A stretch of 64,000 bases of DNA from Octopus vulgaris (taxonomy: Eukaryota): NCBI GenBank assembly GCA_951406725.2, contig OX597836.1, forward strand, positions 7,440,001 through 7,504,000. The letters are read 5' to 3'. Positions 38,034-52,066 of the stretch are shown piece by piece. Below the pieces are notes generated by a model. That model was given only the letters and a program-made list of their open reading frames with translations. It was not told the origin of the DNA and searched no databases. Position 1 is the stretch's first letter; each line of letters begins with the position of its first letter. Made by a program: the position numbers and the translations under genes.

Positions 38034-39059
38034 TGATCACACTTTCATTTTCTTTTTCCTTCTCCCTGTCGTCCTCACCCCTCTCTCCCTCATCCTCCAT
38101 CACATTTTTCGTTCCTCCTCCAACTCTGTCTCGAACCTTCTTCACCCTCCCTCCCTCCCTCCATCACTTTATTCCAGTCTTTCTTTCTCTATCCTCCCCA
38201 CACACCATATTTCAAATAACATCTCTCTCTCTCTCTCTCTTTCTCTCTCTGTCTTTCAGTCTCACTTTCCTCTTTCTCTCTCCCCCACTCTGTCTCCCTC
38301 TCCTCTTTCTCACTTTCTCCCTCCCTCCCTCCCTCCCTCCCTCCCATATAACAACACAGTGAGACCTTCCAATAAATGCCCCCACTCCCCACTACATACA
38401 CACATTTACTGAACCGGCTATTCTACTCCACCTACCTCCCTACCTATTCATTCATTCAAGATGTCCCTTTTCTCCCTCATCACATTCACCACAAACATTC
38501 ACAACCATATATACATATAAATACACACACATCAGACCCTCACTTATATTCAATATACGACATATACATACATACTTCCAGACATACATACATATTCATA
38601 GATTGGGGCAGACACGCATATACTCGTTCCCCACCCCGATTTGGCTCCGTCACAACAATAAAAGTCAGTCGAAGGCCCTTTTGCTTCGATGTCCCTTTGC
38701 TTTCCGTGTCCATTCCCATTTCTACCACCTTCACACTCACATTTATTGTCAACGGCCTTTGTTTCGCAACAGACCTTTGCCCTCTGCTTTGTACGAATCG
38801 CAAATTGTCTGTGAGGTCGACTTGAACTTGAAACCGCATCGACTACCGCGGCGGATGAGGGAAACCCTTAATTAAAAAACACCAAATACAGAAACAATGG
38901 TGACAGGGTTTACACAAAATCGATTATAGAAATAAAACAGACCATAACAATAATATAAACGATATAATTCTGTGAAGTTTAAAAGAAAAAAAAGGATGAA
39001 TGGTTTGTCTTTGTTTTGGTAAGTGAATTTCATCATCTCGTTGTTGTTATTAGTCACCT

Positions 39060-40160
39060 ACGTCAAACTTGATCAACCGGGTTTATTATCAAAAGACATT
39101 CTTGCCGTGGCCATCTCATCGTTTTCTTCCTTTCCTTTCATACATACAGTATTTAGGTGGTTGAACTGCTTTGTCCAATGAATGTAATTTCAGAGTGATT
39201 TGGTTGCTATTTCTAGCGAGGTTTTTGTTGTTTAACCCTAGGTCATAGCGGTGATCTAGCCGGTCAGGCTCCTGAGATGACAGACATTCCAGTTATGACT
39301 ATCACTTTTAAATATTTTTTTAGATTTTTAGGGTTGTCTAGGCCCGTCTACATTATTCTGTCACCCTCCTAATTTTAAGACTAGTATGATTTGAGAAAAA
39401 TTTGGCTGCTTTTTCTAGCTAGGCTTTTGTTGCTCTTTAACCCTAGGCTAGAGCTCTGATCTGCTCCACCTAAGATCATAGACATTCCAGTTATGACTCG
39501 CTTTTTAATTCTATTTATATTTATTCATTGTTTAGGGCTGTGTTTCCTTCCCATTTTTATGACTAGTGTATGATTTCAGGAAGATTTGACTGCTGTTTCT
39601 AGCTACGTTCTTACAGTTGCTTAATGCCTTGATGCAGCTGTGCAAACCCCTGAGATAAGACATTCCAATTGTGACTATCACCTTTTAATTTTAATTTAAT
39701 TTACTTTTAGGGAAGACTGGCGTTTAATTTAAGAAAGATTTGACTGCTATTTCTAGCTAGATTCTTATTATTTCCAGCTTTAATCTGGCTGAGCAGATCC
39801 CTACGATCAGACATTCCAACTGTGACAACCACTTTTTAATTTTAATTAATTTTATTATTTAGGAAATGTCTCGGCCCCCCTACGCTATCCCATCTCTTTC
39901 CCACTTTTAAGACTGGAATATGATTTGCGGAAGATTTGGCTGCTATTTCTAGCTAAATTCTTATTGTAGTTTAACCTCAGATCAAAGCTTTGATCTGGCT
40001 GAGCAGACCCTTGAGATTACAGGCATTCCAGCTGTGACTATCGCTTTTTATTTCATATTTTTTTTAAAGAATATCCAGGCTCATCTACATTATCCTATGT
40101 TTCCTTCCCATTTTTAAGACTAGAGTATGATTTGAGGATAATTTGGCTGTTATTTCTTAC
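39060..40160 (-). repeat. Old diverged tandem array (~6 units, 150-210 bp) of dispersed repeat family E
   Basis: Marker GATTTG(G/A)CTGCTATTTCTAGC recurs at about 39197, 39401, 39584, 39737, 39933 and 40140, mostly followed by GACATTCCAG.TGTGACT. Confidence 0.9.
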
Positions 40161-40559
40161 AGGTCAAACGATTGCGTAGAAGCTTTCGAGCCCCGTTGAA
40201 TGTGTGATGAACCGGTGTGTGTGTGTGTGTGTTTGTCGTTCCGGTCTGTTGGTGATGGTGGTGTCTTTGTTATGTGGGTGTTGTGATGTTGATAGTGATA
40301 ATGCTTGCAGTGGCGTGTGTGTGTGTGTGTGTGTGAATGAGTGACAATAGTTGGTGCTAATAGCAGTATGAATGACTTTATGGTGGTGTAGTAATAGTAT
40401 TTTGTGGTTACGCTTAGTATATTGGTTTATAGTGGTACTACCAATAATGTGTGTGTGTGTATGTATGTGTATGTGTTGTAGCTGTTTACATGTGACATGA
40501 ACACAAAAATATATAGACAGACAGATAGATAGATAGATTGGTAGATGAATAGATTGATT

Positions 40560-40620
<61 letters not shown>

Positions 40621-40899
40621 TCAGAGAAAAAAGGATGAGACACACATACACACACAGAGGATATATATATAGTGGAGAGAGAAAGAATGAATGAGAAAGT
40701 CTCTGGCTGGAATAGAAGCATCCCTATCATTGTTAATGAGTGTAAGAGAAGAGTTAAAAGATGTACGCCTTGTCTCAGTCACAACCAGGAATGGTGGCGG
40801 CGCCAATGTTGGACGACGGTGGAGGGTAAAGCATTGTTTGGTTACGTTACAGACAATAAACATTACTACCAATATTTCTATCTACTACAAACCACCACT

Positions 40900-42239
40900 C
40901 ACTAACTATTATTAATACTACTATTACTAGCTAACTCTGCTAATATAGTTGCACTTGCTGTTTGGAAATCCGTTTTTGTGGTTGTTTTTTCGGTCCACCG
41001 CAACAACAAAAACACTGGATTTCTTAGTAAAAACGTGCGACAAGAGACGGGAGGGAGGCCGGAATCTGAAATCTAATTCGTTTGGTTTCTTCCTCTCACC
41101 CCTAATATCACTATCTGCTTCTGCTGCTGCTACTGATGCTACTGCTACTACTACTGCTGTTGCTGCTCCTGCTGCTGCTGCTGCTGCCAACCATTGCAGA
41201 AAACAGCAGTAGAACTACCACATCTACTGCTACTTCTTCTAGTTCTGCCAGAAACAACAACTACTACTCCTGTTACTACTACACATACACATCTCACATC
41301 TACATCTTCACGTATTTCTGAAAAGTCTCAAAGAAAGACGGGAGGGACTACAGTTCAAGTGACATTGGCACAGTTCATGCCAGTTCGTTGTCTTTCTTTC
41401 TCATATTTTTGTTGTTGTTCTTGTTCTTGTTGTTCTTGTCGTTGTTGTTATTGTTGTAGTTGTTGTTAGTTACAGAAATAACGAAAACCATCAAGGATCT
41501 TTCTTTAACCATCGTATTGTTTTTTCTTCCCCTCATCACATGCCGGACAACATCTTGTAGCGCAAGGATCTATTAACAACTATTAATACTATTACTATTA
41601 CTATTAATATTATTATTATTAATATTATTATTATTACATCATTGACAAGTTAACCCCAGTGACCGGAGTTCTACGCACGCACACACAAACACACATATAT
41701 AAACACACATACACGCACACACATATGTGTATACATGTATCTGTAATGCATGTGTCGTTATATTTATATTCACTAGTTCATAAATTATATATATAAATAT
41801 ATATATACACATATATAGAAAAAAAACCATCAAGTAAGTTGATTGGAATTTTATTTTTAATTTTAGATTCAAAAACTCAAGTCTTGTTTTTGTACATTCT
41901 TCGAAATCAGAAAGAAGATATATTAATTATTAATTAATATCTTGTTGGGAGTAATAAGATCTTGGAGAAGAAACAAAATTACAAAAAAAAGGATAAAAAC
42001 GGAATAAGGAGAAGAAGAAAAAAAACCCCGCAAAATCGAAACAAGGGGAACAGAAAGAGAAAGAGAAAGAAAAAATAAACAACATCTCTGTTAATTTGTG
42101 ATTAGATTGTTTATATTATTATATTTGTGTGTGAAACATCTCTGAATATATCACACAATATTATTCCTGGCATTAAATATTTACCAAATGGATAATGAAA
42201 GAAACGGCTGTTTGTTTGGGAATAACTGCTAAGGTAAGG
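40900..42239 (+). other. Candidate long 5' exon ending at AAG|GTAAGG (exon end 42233); possible short coding start 42195-42233 (MKETAVCLGITAK)
   Basis: Transposon-free, CpG-retaining, UTR-like sequence with a strong donor. The peptide is not recognised. Confidence 0.25.
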
Positions 42240-43043
42240 CAAGAAGACACGACCAACTATTATAATTGTTATCCTTCTTTTTTCATCTAGCTATCCTTTC
42301 CTTCCTTCTCTCTTTCTTTCTTTCTCTCTTTCTTTCTTTCTTTCTTTCTTTCTTTCCTTCTTTCTTTCTTTCTTTCTTTCTCTCTCTCTTTCTTTCCTTC
42401 TTTCTCTGTTTCTTTCGTTTTCGCTTTCTCTCTCTATTCTCTCCTTCTTTCGCTGTTTCTCGTTTATTCTCTTCTCTTTCTTTCTCTTTCTCACTTTTTT
42501 CTTTCCTTCCTTCCTTCCTTTCACTTTTATTGTCTAACACTGTTATATCTTGTCTGTCTCTGTCTGTCTGTCGGTCTCTCTCTCTCACATCCTGTCTTTC
42601 TTTCGCTCTCTTTCTCATCCCCCCCTCTCTCCTGTATATATACCATTTTTTATTCTTTTACAAGTTTCAGGAAATGGACTGTGGCCATGCTACAGCTCAC
42701 TACTACCGAACAATTGCTGAGACACACACACATACAAACAATAGACACAATATAAGACTAATTTATATGTGTGTGTATACATACATATATATATGTATGC
42801 ATACACACACATACATACACACGTATATAACCACTCACACACATTCTTCTTCCTGGTCCCAGCCAGTATATCTATATATATCTGTAGATGTATCGCAGTT
42901 GCATATTATTATAGAAGACGTTCATCCTTCCTTCCAGGGTCAATAACATCAAGTACCAGTTAACTACTGGGGGGTGAGCTTAATTAACAAACACCCCTCC
43001 CCACAAATTTCCTGCCTTGTGCCCCTATATATATATGTGTATG

Positions 43044-43100
<57 letters not shown>

Positions 43101-43931
43101 ATTGTGTTGGGGTGTCTATGTAAATATATATATAGAGATAGATAGATAAATAGATAGACAGACAGACAGACAGATAGATAGATGCTATTTTTTTTTATTT
43201 TACAAGTCTGAGGAAATGGACTGTGGCCATGCTATGGATCACTACAAGGGAATAGTCCCTGATAGAGACACACAGCAGACAAACAATGGATGCATACACA
43301 ATATATATATATATATACACATATGATTATAGATATATGTGTATACAATAGAAAAGAAACTATTGTCATTGTGTGTATGTGTGAGCCTGTGTATATACAT
43401 ATATGTATATATACAGTTGCATATGTATATATATATATATGTATATATACAGTTGCATATGTGTATATATATATATATACATACATACATACACACACAC
43501 ATATATGCATGTATGTATATGCAAGTATGAGTAGAATCATACTTATGTGAATCTACACTCCCATGTACGTAAATAGAGCCTACTTCACCAGATAATATAA
43601 CAATTCAAATAGCACAATGTTATTCGTTTCTTGCCAACATATTCATTCCCACTTATACACACACACATACACACACATATTTATATATATAAATGTATGT
43701 ATTTATGTATATATGTGTGCATGTATAAATTTGTCGCCGCGGCAAGTCCCGTACTCTGCCTCTCGGTTGACAGTTCTGCGAAGTTGCTCTCTCTGTCCTT
43801 CCATACTCCAGTATGGAAAGCGATGAATGACAAAATTCTGTATCAAAGTTGTGGTTCACTTCATTAAATATTACAGTCACCAATCGTCGTCCCAGCCTGC
43901 ACCCTCTCTCTCTCTCTCTCACTTTCTCTCA

Positions 43932-43966
<35 letters not shown>

Positions 43967-44171
43967 TCCACCTTTTGATAACCACCCACATCTTGTCACC
44001 CACATGTTACAATACACCCACATGAATAAGTATCTCATTGCAGGTTATGTATACCTACATACATACATACATACATATAGATGTGTATATATACACACTC
44101 ACATACATGTATATACATATATATACGCACATATATATATATTTATATATATATATATGCATGCATATATC

Positions 44172-44239
<68 letters not shown>

Positions 44240-44360
44240 GTATATATATGTATACATGTATATACATGTATATACATGTATATATATGTATGTATGTATG
44301 ACTGTATATACAAATATATATACATACATAAACATATATACATACGTATTATATATATAC

Positions 44361-44421
<61 letters not shown>

Positions 44422-44788
44422 TATGTATATATACATGTCTATACATATGTATATATATAATACGTATATATATATATATGTTTATGTATGTATATATGTA
44501 TATATATATATATATGAAATAGACCGTTTTAGGATCATGGCTGTGCTGAGGCATCTAACTCGTTCATGCAATTAGTAAAAAGACAAAAAATCTACATGAC
44601 GACGAAGGCTAAAATATCATGTGTTCAAAATACAAAAAAAAAATCCATGATTCTATCTCCATTTTCTAATACGGAGATGATGATGATGATGACGACGATG
44701 ATGATGATTATGACATCGATCATGATGTAAATGCTCATGCTGATGACAATAAAAACGATTGTGATGATGATGATGATGATGGTAGCAG

Positions 44789-44825
<37 letters not shown>

Positions 44826-45695
44826 AGCAGTGATGATGATGATGATGATGATGATGATGGTAGCAGTGATGTATATTTAAATTGTATTTTTATTTGCAAA
44901 CAAAACCTTAACCCCAAAAATGCTGTGTTTATGAAATGGTGTTTTTTTTTCCCTTCAAGTAGTTTCCTTAAAGATATATACACACACATATATATGTGTG
45001 TGTATATATATATGATATATATATATATGTGTATACACAAAAACATTCACACATATATACATATACATATATATGTGAATATATGTATATATATATATAT
45101 ATATATATTTGTATATATGTATACACATATATAGACATATATGTGCATATATATATACAAATATATATGTGTATATATATATATATATATATACATACAT
45201 ACATACATTCAGACAGACATTTCTATTTATATATATATATATATATATAGATAGATAGATACTTACATGTACATGCACTCACACACATATACACATGCAT
45301 ATATGATTATTTTCTATATATACATGTGTGTGTGTGTGTGTAGGGTGTAATGTGATCATTCAGGTAACAAAATGATAGGTGACATATTTATAGTCACCTG
45401 AAGAATCGATCAATCGATCGAATCGATCGACCTTACCTGATGTGAGAGAAACTCTGAGTTGTGTCACAATGGAACCATTGACTTCCAACAATTAGGCAAA
45501 CACTACCGCAAGTATTGAGTACTATTTATGCCCACCCACCCATTTATTTGTACATTACACCCCAACACATGAGTGGGTGTATCCATATACATACAGATAT
45601 GTTTTATATATATGTATGTATATAAAACACTGTCTCTTGTCACATGCATATATATATATTTGCATGTATGTATATATCTATCTCTATCTATCTAT

Positions 45696-45743
<48 letters not shown>

Positions 45744-45772
45744 TTATATATATGTATGTTTATACGTATGTG

Positions 45773-45803
<31 letters not shown>

Positions 45804-45927
45804 GTTTATATATACATATGTATATATATATATATGTATATATATATACATATGTATATATATATATATGTATATATATATAGGTATGTATATATGTATG
45901 TGTATATATATGTATATATATATGTAT

Positions 45928-45962
<35 letters not shown>

Positions 45963-47956
45963 AATGTATGTATGTGTATATATATATATATATATAGACA
46001 GATATATATATATATATAGATAGATATATATATATATAGACAGATAGATAGATATATATGTAGACAGATATATATATATATAGATAGATAGATAGATAGA
46101 TATACATACATGTATGTATCTAAGGTAGTGTGTAGAGAAATAATTCAAATGATTGCGGCTGGACCCGCTCCTCGTTATCGAGATTCAGAGAAAACATATG
46201 GAGAGGATGCTTTGCTCCATTCACCGTCGCCCACATGTGGTCATTGTGTCTGGTTTCTCTCAGAGAAACACATTAGGAGATCACTCTGTGCCTTGTTTAC
46301 ATCTTTGTTCTCTTTCCTTCTCTCTTTCTTTCTTTCTTTTCTGTTTTTGTTTGGCGGCGGCAGGGGTGGGGTGGGGTGGGTTGCCTTTTCGTTTGTTTGT
46401 TTGTTGTTTTTTTTATTCAAGCTCTGCTGTGTCCTTCAAGAATGTAGATGCACACTCACATGGGGGGAAGCCCCTTTCTTAATCTACGTCAGGAAAATCT
46501 TGTAAGGGCTCTCCCCTTGAGACAAAAACAACCCCCTAAAAAAAACAAAAGCCTCTTCTACAAATTCTTAACAGAAAAATAAAGGAGAAAACAAAAAAAA
46601 AAAAGAAATTAAATGATATCTAACAAGAATTGATATTTCTAATTAATTATAAAATAATTAAATTCTACATAAGTGTCTAAGTAGTGATATTATATCAATG
46701 CTAATTGTTGACGCTAATGAAGTTAATTGCTTTAAGACGACAGATTAACGGATCAGTAGAGACACAGACAAAATGTCTTGTGGGGGGGGTTTGTGTTTTT
46801 TTTTTGTTTTTTTTTCTGGTTAGAGCGGGGTTTCTGGATTTTATTTTATTCTGTTGTGTACTGAGTTCGGTTCCTATTGAGATCCTTGTTGCTTTCTTTC
46901 CTTCCGGGGCCAATAAAATAAAGGACCACACTAGTCAAGTACAGGGACGGGCGTCAGTATCCTTTTTAGTTCTACCCTCCTCCCCCAATGAAATCATCTT
47001 TCAGCCCTTATTCTTTTACTTGTTTCAGTTGTTAGACTGTGGCCATGCTGGAGCACTGCCCCGAAGACTTTAAGCCAAATGAATTGAGCCCCCAGTACTT
47101 TTTTATTAAGCCTGGCACCTATTCTATCGCTCTCTCTTGCTGAACTGTTAAGTTACAAGGATGGAAACACACAAAGATTGGTTGCCAAAAGGATGGTGGG
47201 GGACAAGCACAGACACACACACACACACCCACAGAAACAATGGGCTTCTTTCAGTTTCCGTCTACCAAATCCACTCACAAGGCTTGGGTCAGCCCGAGGC
47301 TAAAGTAGAAGATACTTACCCAAGGTGCCATACAGTGGGTCTGAACCCAGAACCATGTGGTTGGGAAGCAAGCTTCTTAGGAAATTAATCAAGCTTATAA
47401 ATTATAATAATTATTTTTAAATTAGACACAAGGTCAGAAATTTTAAGCAGGGATTTAATTAGTTGTCAACCCTATTATATAACTGGTACTATACCTATTG
47501 ACTCCCGGAAGGTGAAAAGTAAAGTTAGTCTTGCCAGGATTTGAACTCAGAATGTTGACACTCAAATGATTCTGTTAATCCACCAACTTATATATATTCT
47601 TTTCCACTCTAGGTACAAGGCCCAAAATTTTGGGGGGAGTGGGTCAGTCGATTAGATTGATCCCAGTATGCAATTGGTACTTAATTTATCGACCCCGAAA
47701 GGATGAAAGGCAAAGTTGACCTTGATGGAATTTGATCTCTGCTAAGTGTTTCGCCCAGCGTGCTAATGTTAATGTCATATATATTATAGCAATAATGCCT
47801 TTGTGGTTAAGAAATCCACTTCCCAACCACTTTGTTCTGGGTTCAGTCCCACTGCATGGACACCACAGGCAAATATTTTCTACTATAGTTCCAGGTCAAC
47901 CAAAACATTGTAAGTGAATTTGGTAGATGGAAACTAAAAGAAGCCTGTTGTATATA

Positions 47957-48175
47957 CGCAAGGGGGTGCTGAAATGTTCCTGGTTTTGGGTAAAAGAAAA
48001 TATAGGATGATCAGTAAATTATGATTTTATCCAACAAATTCCCCTCTCAGATTCACACACTTATTGCAACTGTGCTGCAATTTTTCTAAGCCCTGTACAA
48101 GAACTCGGAAGGTTCGGCCTCCAACCAGGCCTTTTGCGATACCCTCAAAGCCAAGAACTTTTCAGCACCCCATCA
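47957..48175. mobile_element. Mariner-derived MITE inserted at TA in a family A SINE microsatellite
   Basis: TIRs GGGGTGCTGAAATGTTCCTGG / CCAAGAACTTTTCAGCACCCC; minus strand retains the transposase end LVQGLEKLQHSCNKCVNLRGEFVG*. Confidence 0.85.
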
Positions 48176-49274
48176 TAGGCAAATCAAAAATAAAAACAAA
48201 AAGCTAAAAGAAAAAAATCAAAAGGACATACACAGTGAATGTATTAGGTTGACACTCAGGTTAAGATAGAAAAACGATGGGGAGGGTTTGACGCTTGGAG
48301 CATGGATCTTCATTAGGAAGAAGAAAAATCCAGAGAGAAGGAAAAGAATAGTCTAAGAAAAGTGTGTGTGTGTGTGTATGGTTACATTCACACACATATA
48401 TGTATATGTACAGAATGTGAGGTGTTTTGCTGTTACTAGTTTAGCTTCATGTGTAAGTCAATGAATAAGCACAAGTGTGGCCATGTGGTAAGAAGCTCGC
48501 TTCCTACCACATGGTTCTGGGTTCAGTCCCATTGTGTGGCAGTTTGGTCATGTGTCTTCTACTGTAGCCATGGGCCAACCAAAGTCTTGTGCGTGAATTT
48601 TGTAGATAGAAACTGAAAGAAGCCTGTTGTATTTTTTTATTCTTTTACTTGTTTCAGTCATTTGAATGCAGCCATGCTGGAGCACCGCCTTGGTGGCATG
48701 GGTTAGAGGGTTTGACAGAAGCTGACCAGGCAGAAGACTTCACCAGGCTTCTGTGTCTGTTTTGGCATGGTTTTTTGCAGCTGGACGCCCTTCCTAACAC
48801 CAACCACTCTGCAGAGTGGACAGAGTGCTTTTTACAGGCGAGGTCAGTTTTGGCATCGTTTTTTACAGTTGGACACCCTTCCAAATGCCAACCACTTTAC
48901 CATGTGGACTGGATGCTTTTTACATGGCACCAGCACTGGCAGGGTCAACATGTAACTTTGCAAGACAAGGAATCTTTGAGGAGGGGTGGGCATTGGTGGA
49001 GGTGATCTTGTGTCAGATAATGAAAGGTTAGAGTGTGACAGAGAAACAGAAAGAATGTCCATGTTCCCAGCTGGAGAAGTTTGACAGGATTGAAGGGATC
49101 CAAACCTTGTATCGAGTTCCAGTGTCTGCTTTGGCATGGTTTCTGTGACTGTATTCTCTTTCTAATGCCTACTGCTTTACAGTACGTACCGGGTATGTTA
49201 AGGGCAAATGTACTGTGAAATACCCAACCCCTTTCGTTATAATTTAACTGGTTAATTTAACATGTTAATTTAAA

Positions 49275-49592
49275 TGGTCAATCAAATTTAATTAATCGAA
49301 TGTGTTCAATCAAATTTGGTCAATCAAATTAGATCAGTCAAATTTGGTCAACCAATTAGATCAATCAAATTTGGTCAATGAAATTAGATCAGTCAGATTT
49401 GGCCTGTCAAATTTGCTCTGTGATATTTTGTCAGTCAGTTTGGTCAATCAAATGAGATCAGTCAAATTTGGTCTGTGATATTTGGTGAACCAATTTGGTC
49501 AATGAAATTAGGTCAATCAAATTGGGTCAGTGATATTTGGACATTCAAATTAGGTCAGTCAAATTTGGTCAATCAATTTTGTCAATCAAACA
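49275..49592. repeat. Degenerate ~13-14-bp minisatellite (GTCAATCAAATTTG / ATCAGTCAAATTAG)
   Basis: About 20 diverged units visible. Confidence 0.9.
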
Positions 49593-50373
49593 ATTGAATA
49601 CTCATTGCTGAAACCAACTGATGACTAATTATCATTCCTAAGTCTGGCCCTATTGGGAGGTTTTAATTGTCATATGATATAATGCCATACCATTTAAGAT
49701 GTTTAAAATAAAAGAAAGAAAAGATGGAAGAATTATCATTGCAGGCCTGGCTGTGTGTTAAGAAGTCCACTTTCCGATCTTGTGGTCTCCGGTTCAGTCC
49801 CAATGCATGGTACCTAGTGCAAGTGTCTTTTACTGTAGTTCCTGGACCAACCAATCCTTTGTGAGTGAATTTGGTAGATGGAAACTGTGTAGAAGCCCAT
49901 CATATACAAATATATATGAGTGTGTTTGCATTTGTCCCCACCACCATTGTTTGACAACCAGTGCGAGTTTGTTTATAACTTAGTGGTTCAGCAAAAGACA
50001 CCAATAGAATGAATACCAGGCGTTAAAAACAATAAGCACTACGGTTGATAATCCAGTGCTCCAGCATGACCACCACCCAAGCATCAATTTTTCTCTCTCT
50101 TCTATTCATGAAAAGACCAAAATTTGGTCGCTTGACAACCGATGGTGGTGTGTTTACATCCCTGTAACTTATTGGTTTGGCAAAAGAGACCGATAGATTA
50201 GGTATTAGGCTTACAAAGAATAAGTCCTGGGGTCCATTTGTTTGACTAAAGGCAGTGCTCCTGCATGGCCGCAGTCAAATGACTGAAACAAGTAAAAGAA
50301 TAAAAGAATATATATATATATATTTATATAAATAGATTGATAGATATATTTATATGTGTTACTCACCAATTTC

Positions 50374-50411
50374 ATTGTCATGATCAGTGAAACGTGAAAC
50401 CGGTCGACTAT
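50374..50411 (+). ncRNA. Degenerate minimal hammerhead motif (different family)
   Basis: ATTGTC ATGATCA GTG-aaa-CGT GAAA CCGG TC GACTAT: palindromic stem III, GUC triplet, stem I GTC/GAC. The first box carries two substitutions. Confidence 0.5.
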
Positions 50412-50610
50412 CATAATATATGCTTTAGAATATATCAAAAATATATAAATTGTGTTCATTTTCCTTTTATTATGTCTTTTCACTACAACTCACCACATGG
50501 GGAAAATATTTTCAACAAAATTCTTTTTTACTATATATATATGTGTGTGTGTATTAGCTCCTTCACGCATTTTTTTCTCTCCTTGTTTCTCTCCTTGTTT
50601 TTTTTGTGTA

Positions 50611-50648
50611 TCTTTCTGTCGAAGAGCATAGGCTCGAAACGTAAAAGA
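50611..50648 (+). ncRNA. Minimal hammerhead ribozyme motif in a Penelope-like remnant (~50560-50745)
   Basis: TCTTT CTGTCGA A GAGC-atag-GCTC GAAAC GTA AAAGA: perfect 5-bp stem I, 4-bp stem II, palindromic ACGT stem III, GUA triplet; core A6 is U. Confidence 0.72.
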
Positions 50649-51367
50649 CTTTTCCTATTTCTATTCCTGAGCACTATACTAATACATTTGTTTGTTTGTA
50701 CTCCAGCTGCCTTCGTCTTTTGTTTATTTTCGTAAACCTTCCTGTTATATATATATATATATGTATGTATATATATATGAGAGGCTTCTTTCATTTTCCA
50801 TCTTCCTAATCCACTCACAAGGCTTTGGTTGGCCCAAGGCTATAGTAGAAGACACTTGCCCAAGGTGCCACGCAGCAGGACTGAACCCAGAAACCATGTG
50901 GTTGGGAAACAACTAGAGGAGCTTATTAATCAATTAGTTGATTAACCCTATTTCGTTACAGCTACACGGTTTATTAATAGGATGATGGATTGGCAAAAGT
51001 CATTAACAGTTCAGACACAATGCCTCGTGGTATGTAGCTGCAGTTCTTTGTACTGAGTGTTCAAATCCCACTGAGACTTACTACACTGTCATTCGTCATT
51101 CGTTGTTCGTCGACCGATAAAACAAAGATTAAATCAATCGTCGGTGCTTAACTGAAGATTGATATAAATGAATATTCCTCCACCGCCGAAGCCGTCACCA
51201 TCACTTGCTCTACACATTTCTATGATTGATTAAACATTGATAGTTACCTCTGATCTCTGAAATATCAATCAATTAACTCTATCTGCATAAGTGCAGGGAT
51301 AAATACATTTGTAATAATTATCTTACCAGTCACATCCATTAACCATCGCCATCTTTGAAAAAATCTG

Positions 51368-52066
51368 ACAGAGGAGTCTCTGCACAGTCAACTCAGCCTG
51401 CTAAGAATAGCAGCCAAATCTCCTTTGAAAAAAGGAAGGACCCTTTGGGTAATGTAGTTTTAGATATGAAAAAATAGTCAAAAAGGCACAGTGGTCATGG
51501 CTGGATACAGAGGAGTCTCTGCACAGTCAACTCAGCCTGCTAAGAATAGCAGCCAAATCTCCTTTGAAAAAGGAAGGACCCTTTGGGTAATGTAGTTTTA
51601 GATATGAAAAAATAGTCAAAAAGGCACAGTGGTCATGGCTGGATACAGAGGAGTCTCTGCACAGTCAACTCAGCCTGCTAAGAATAGCAGCCAAATCTCC
51701 TTTGAAAAAAAGGAAGGACCCTTTGGGTAATGTTGTTTTAGATACAAAAAAAATAGTCAAAAAGGCACAGTGGTCATGGCTGGATACAGAGGAGTCTCTG
51801 CACAGTCAACTCAGCCTGCTAAGAATAGCAGCCAAATCACCTTTGAAAAAAGGAAGGACCCTTTGGGTAATGTAGTTTTAGATATGAAAAAATAGTCAAA
51901 AAGGCACAGTGGTCATGGCTGGATACAGAGGAGTCTCTGCACAGTCAACTCAGCCTGCTAAGAATAGCAGCCAAATCTCCTTTGAAAAAAGGAAGGACCC
52001 TTTGTTGGATAATGTAGTTTTAGATATGAAAAAATAGTCAAAAAGGCACAGTGGTCATGGCTGGAT
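51368..52066 (+). repeat. Young tandem array of 5 x ~139 bp derived from dispersed repeat family E
   Basis: Units start at 51368, 51507, 51645, 51786 and 51925 and differ mainly in A-run lengths; the family E tail continues to ~52120. Confidence 0.97.

Noticed and set aside
43799-46269. Short hairpins TTCCATAC-tcca-GTATGGAA and GTTTCTCT-c-AGAGAAAC as miRNA precursors
   Set aside because: 8-bp stems are too short; no conserved bilaterian mature miRNA was recognised by eye anywhere in the window.
51368-52066. CRISPR-like array or hammerhead retrozyme array
   Set aside because: No unique spacers, eukaryotic context, and no CUGANGA/GAAA core in the unit.
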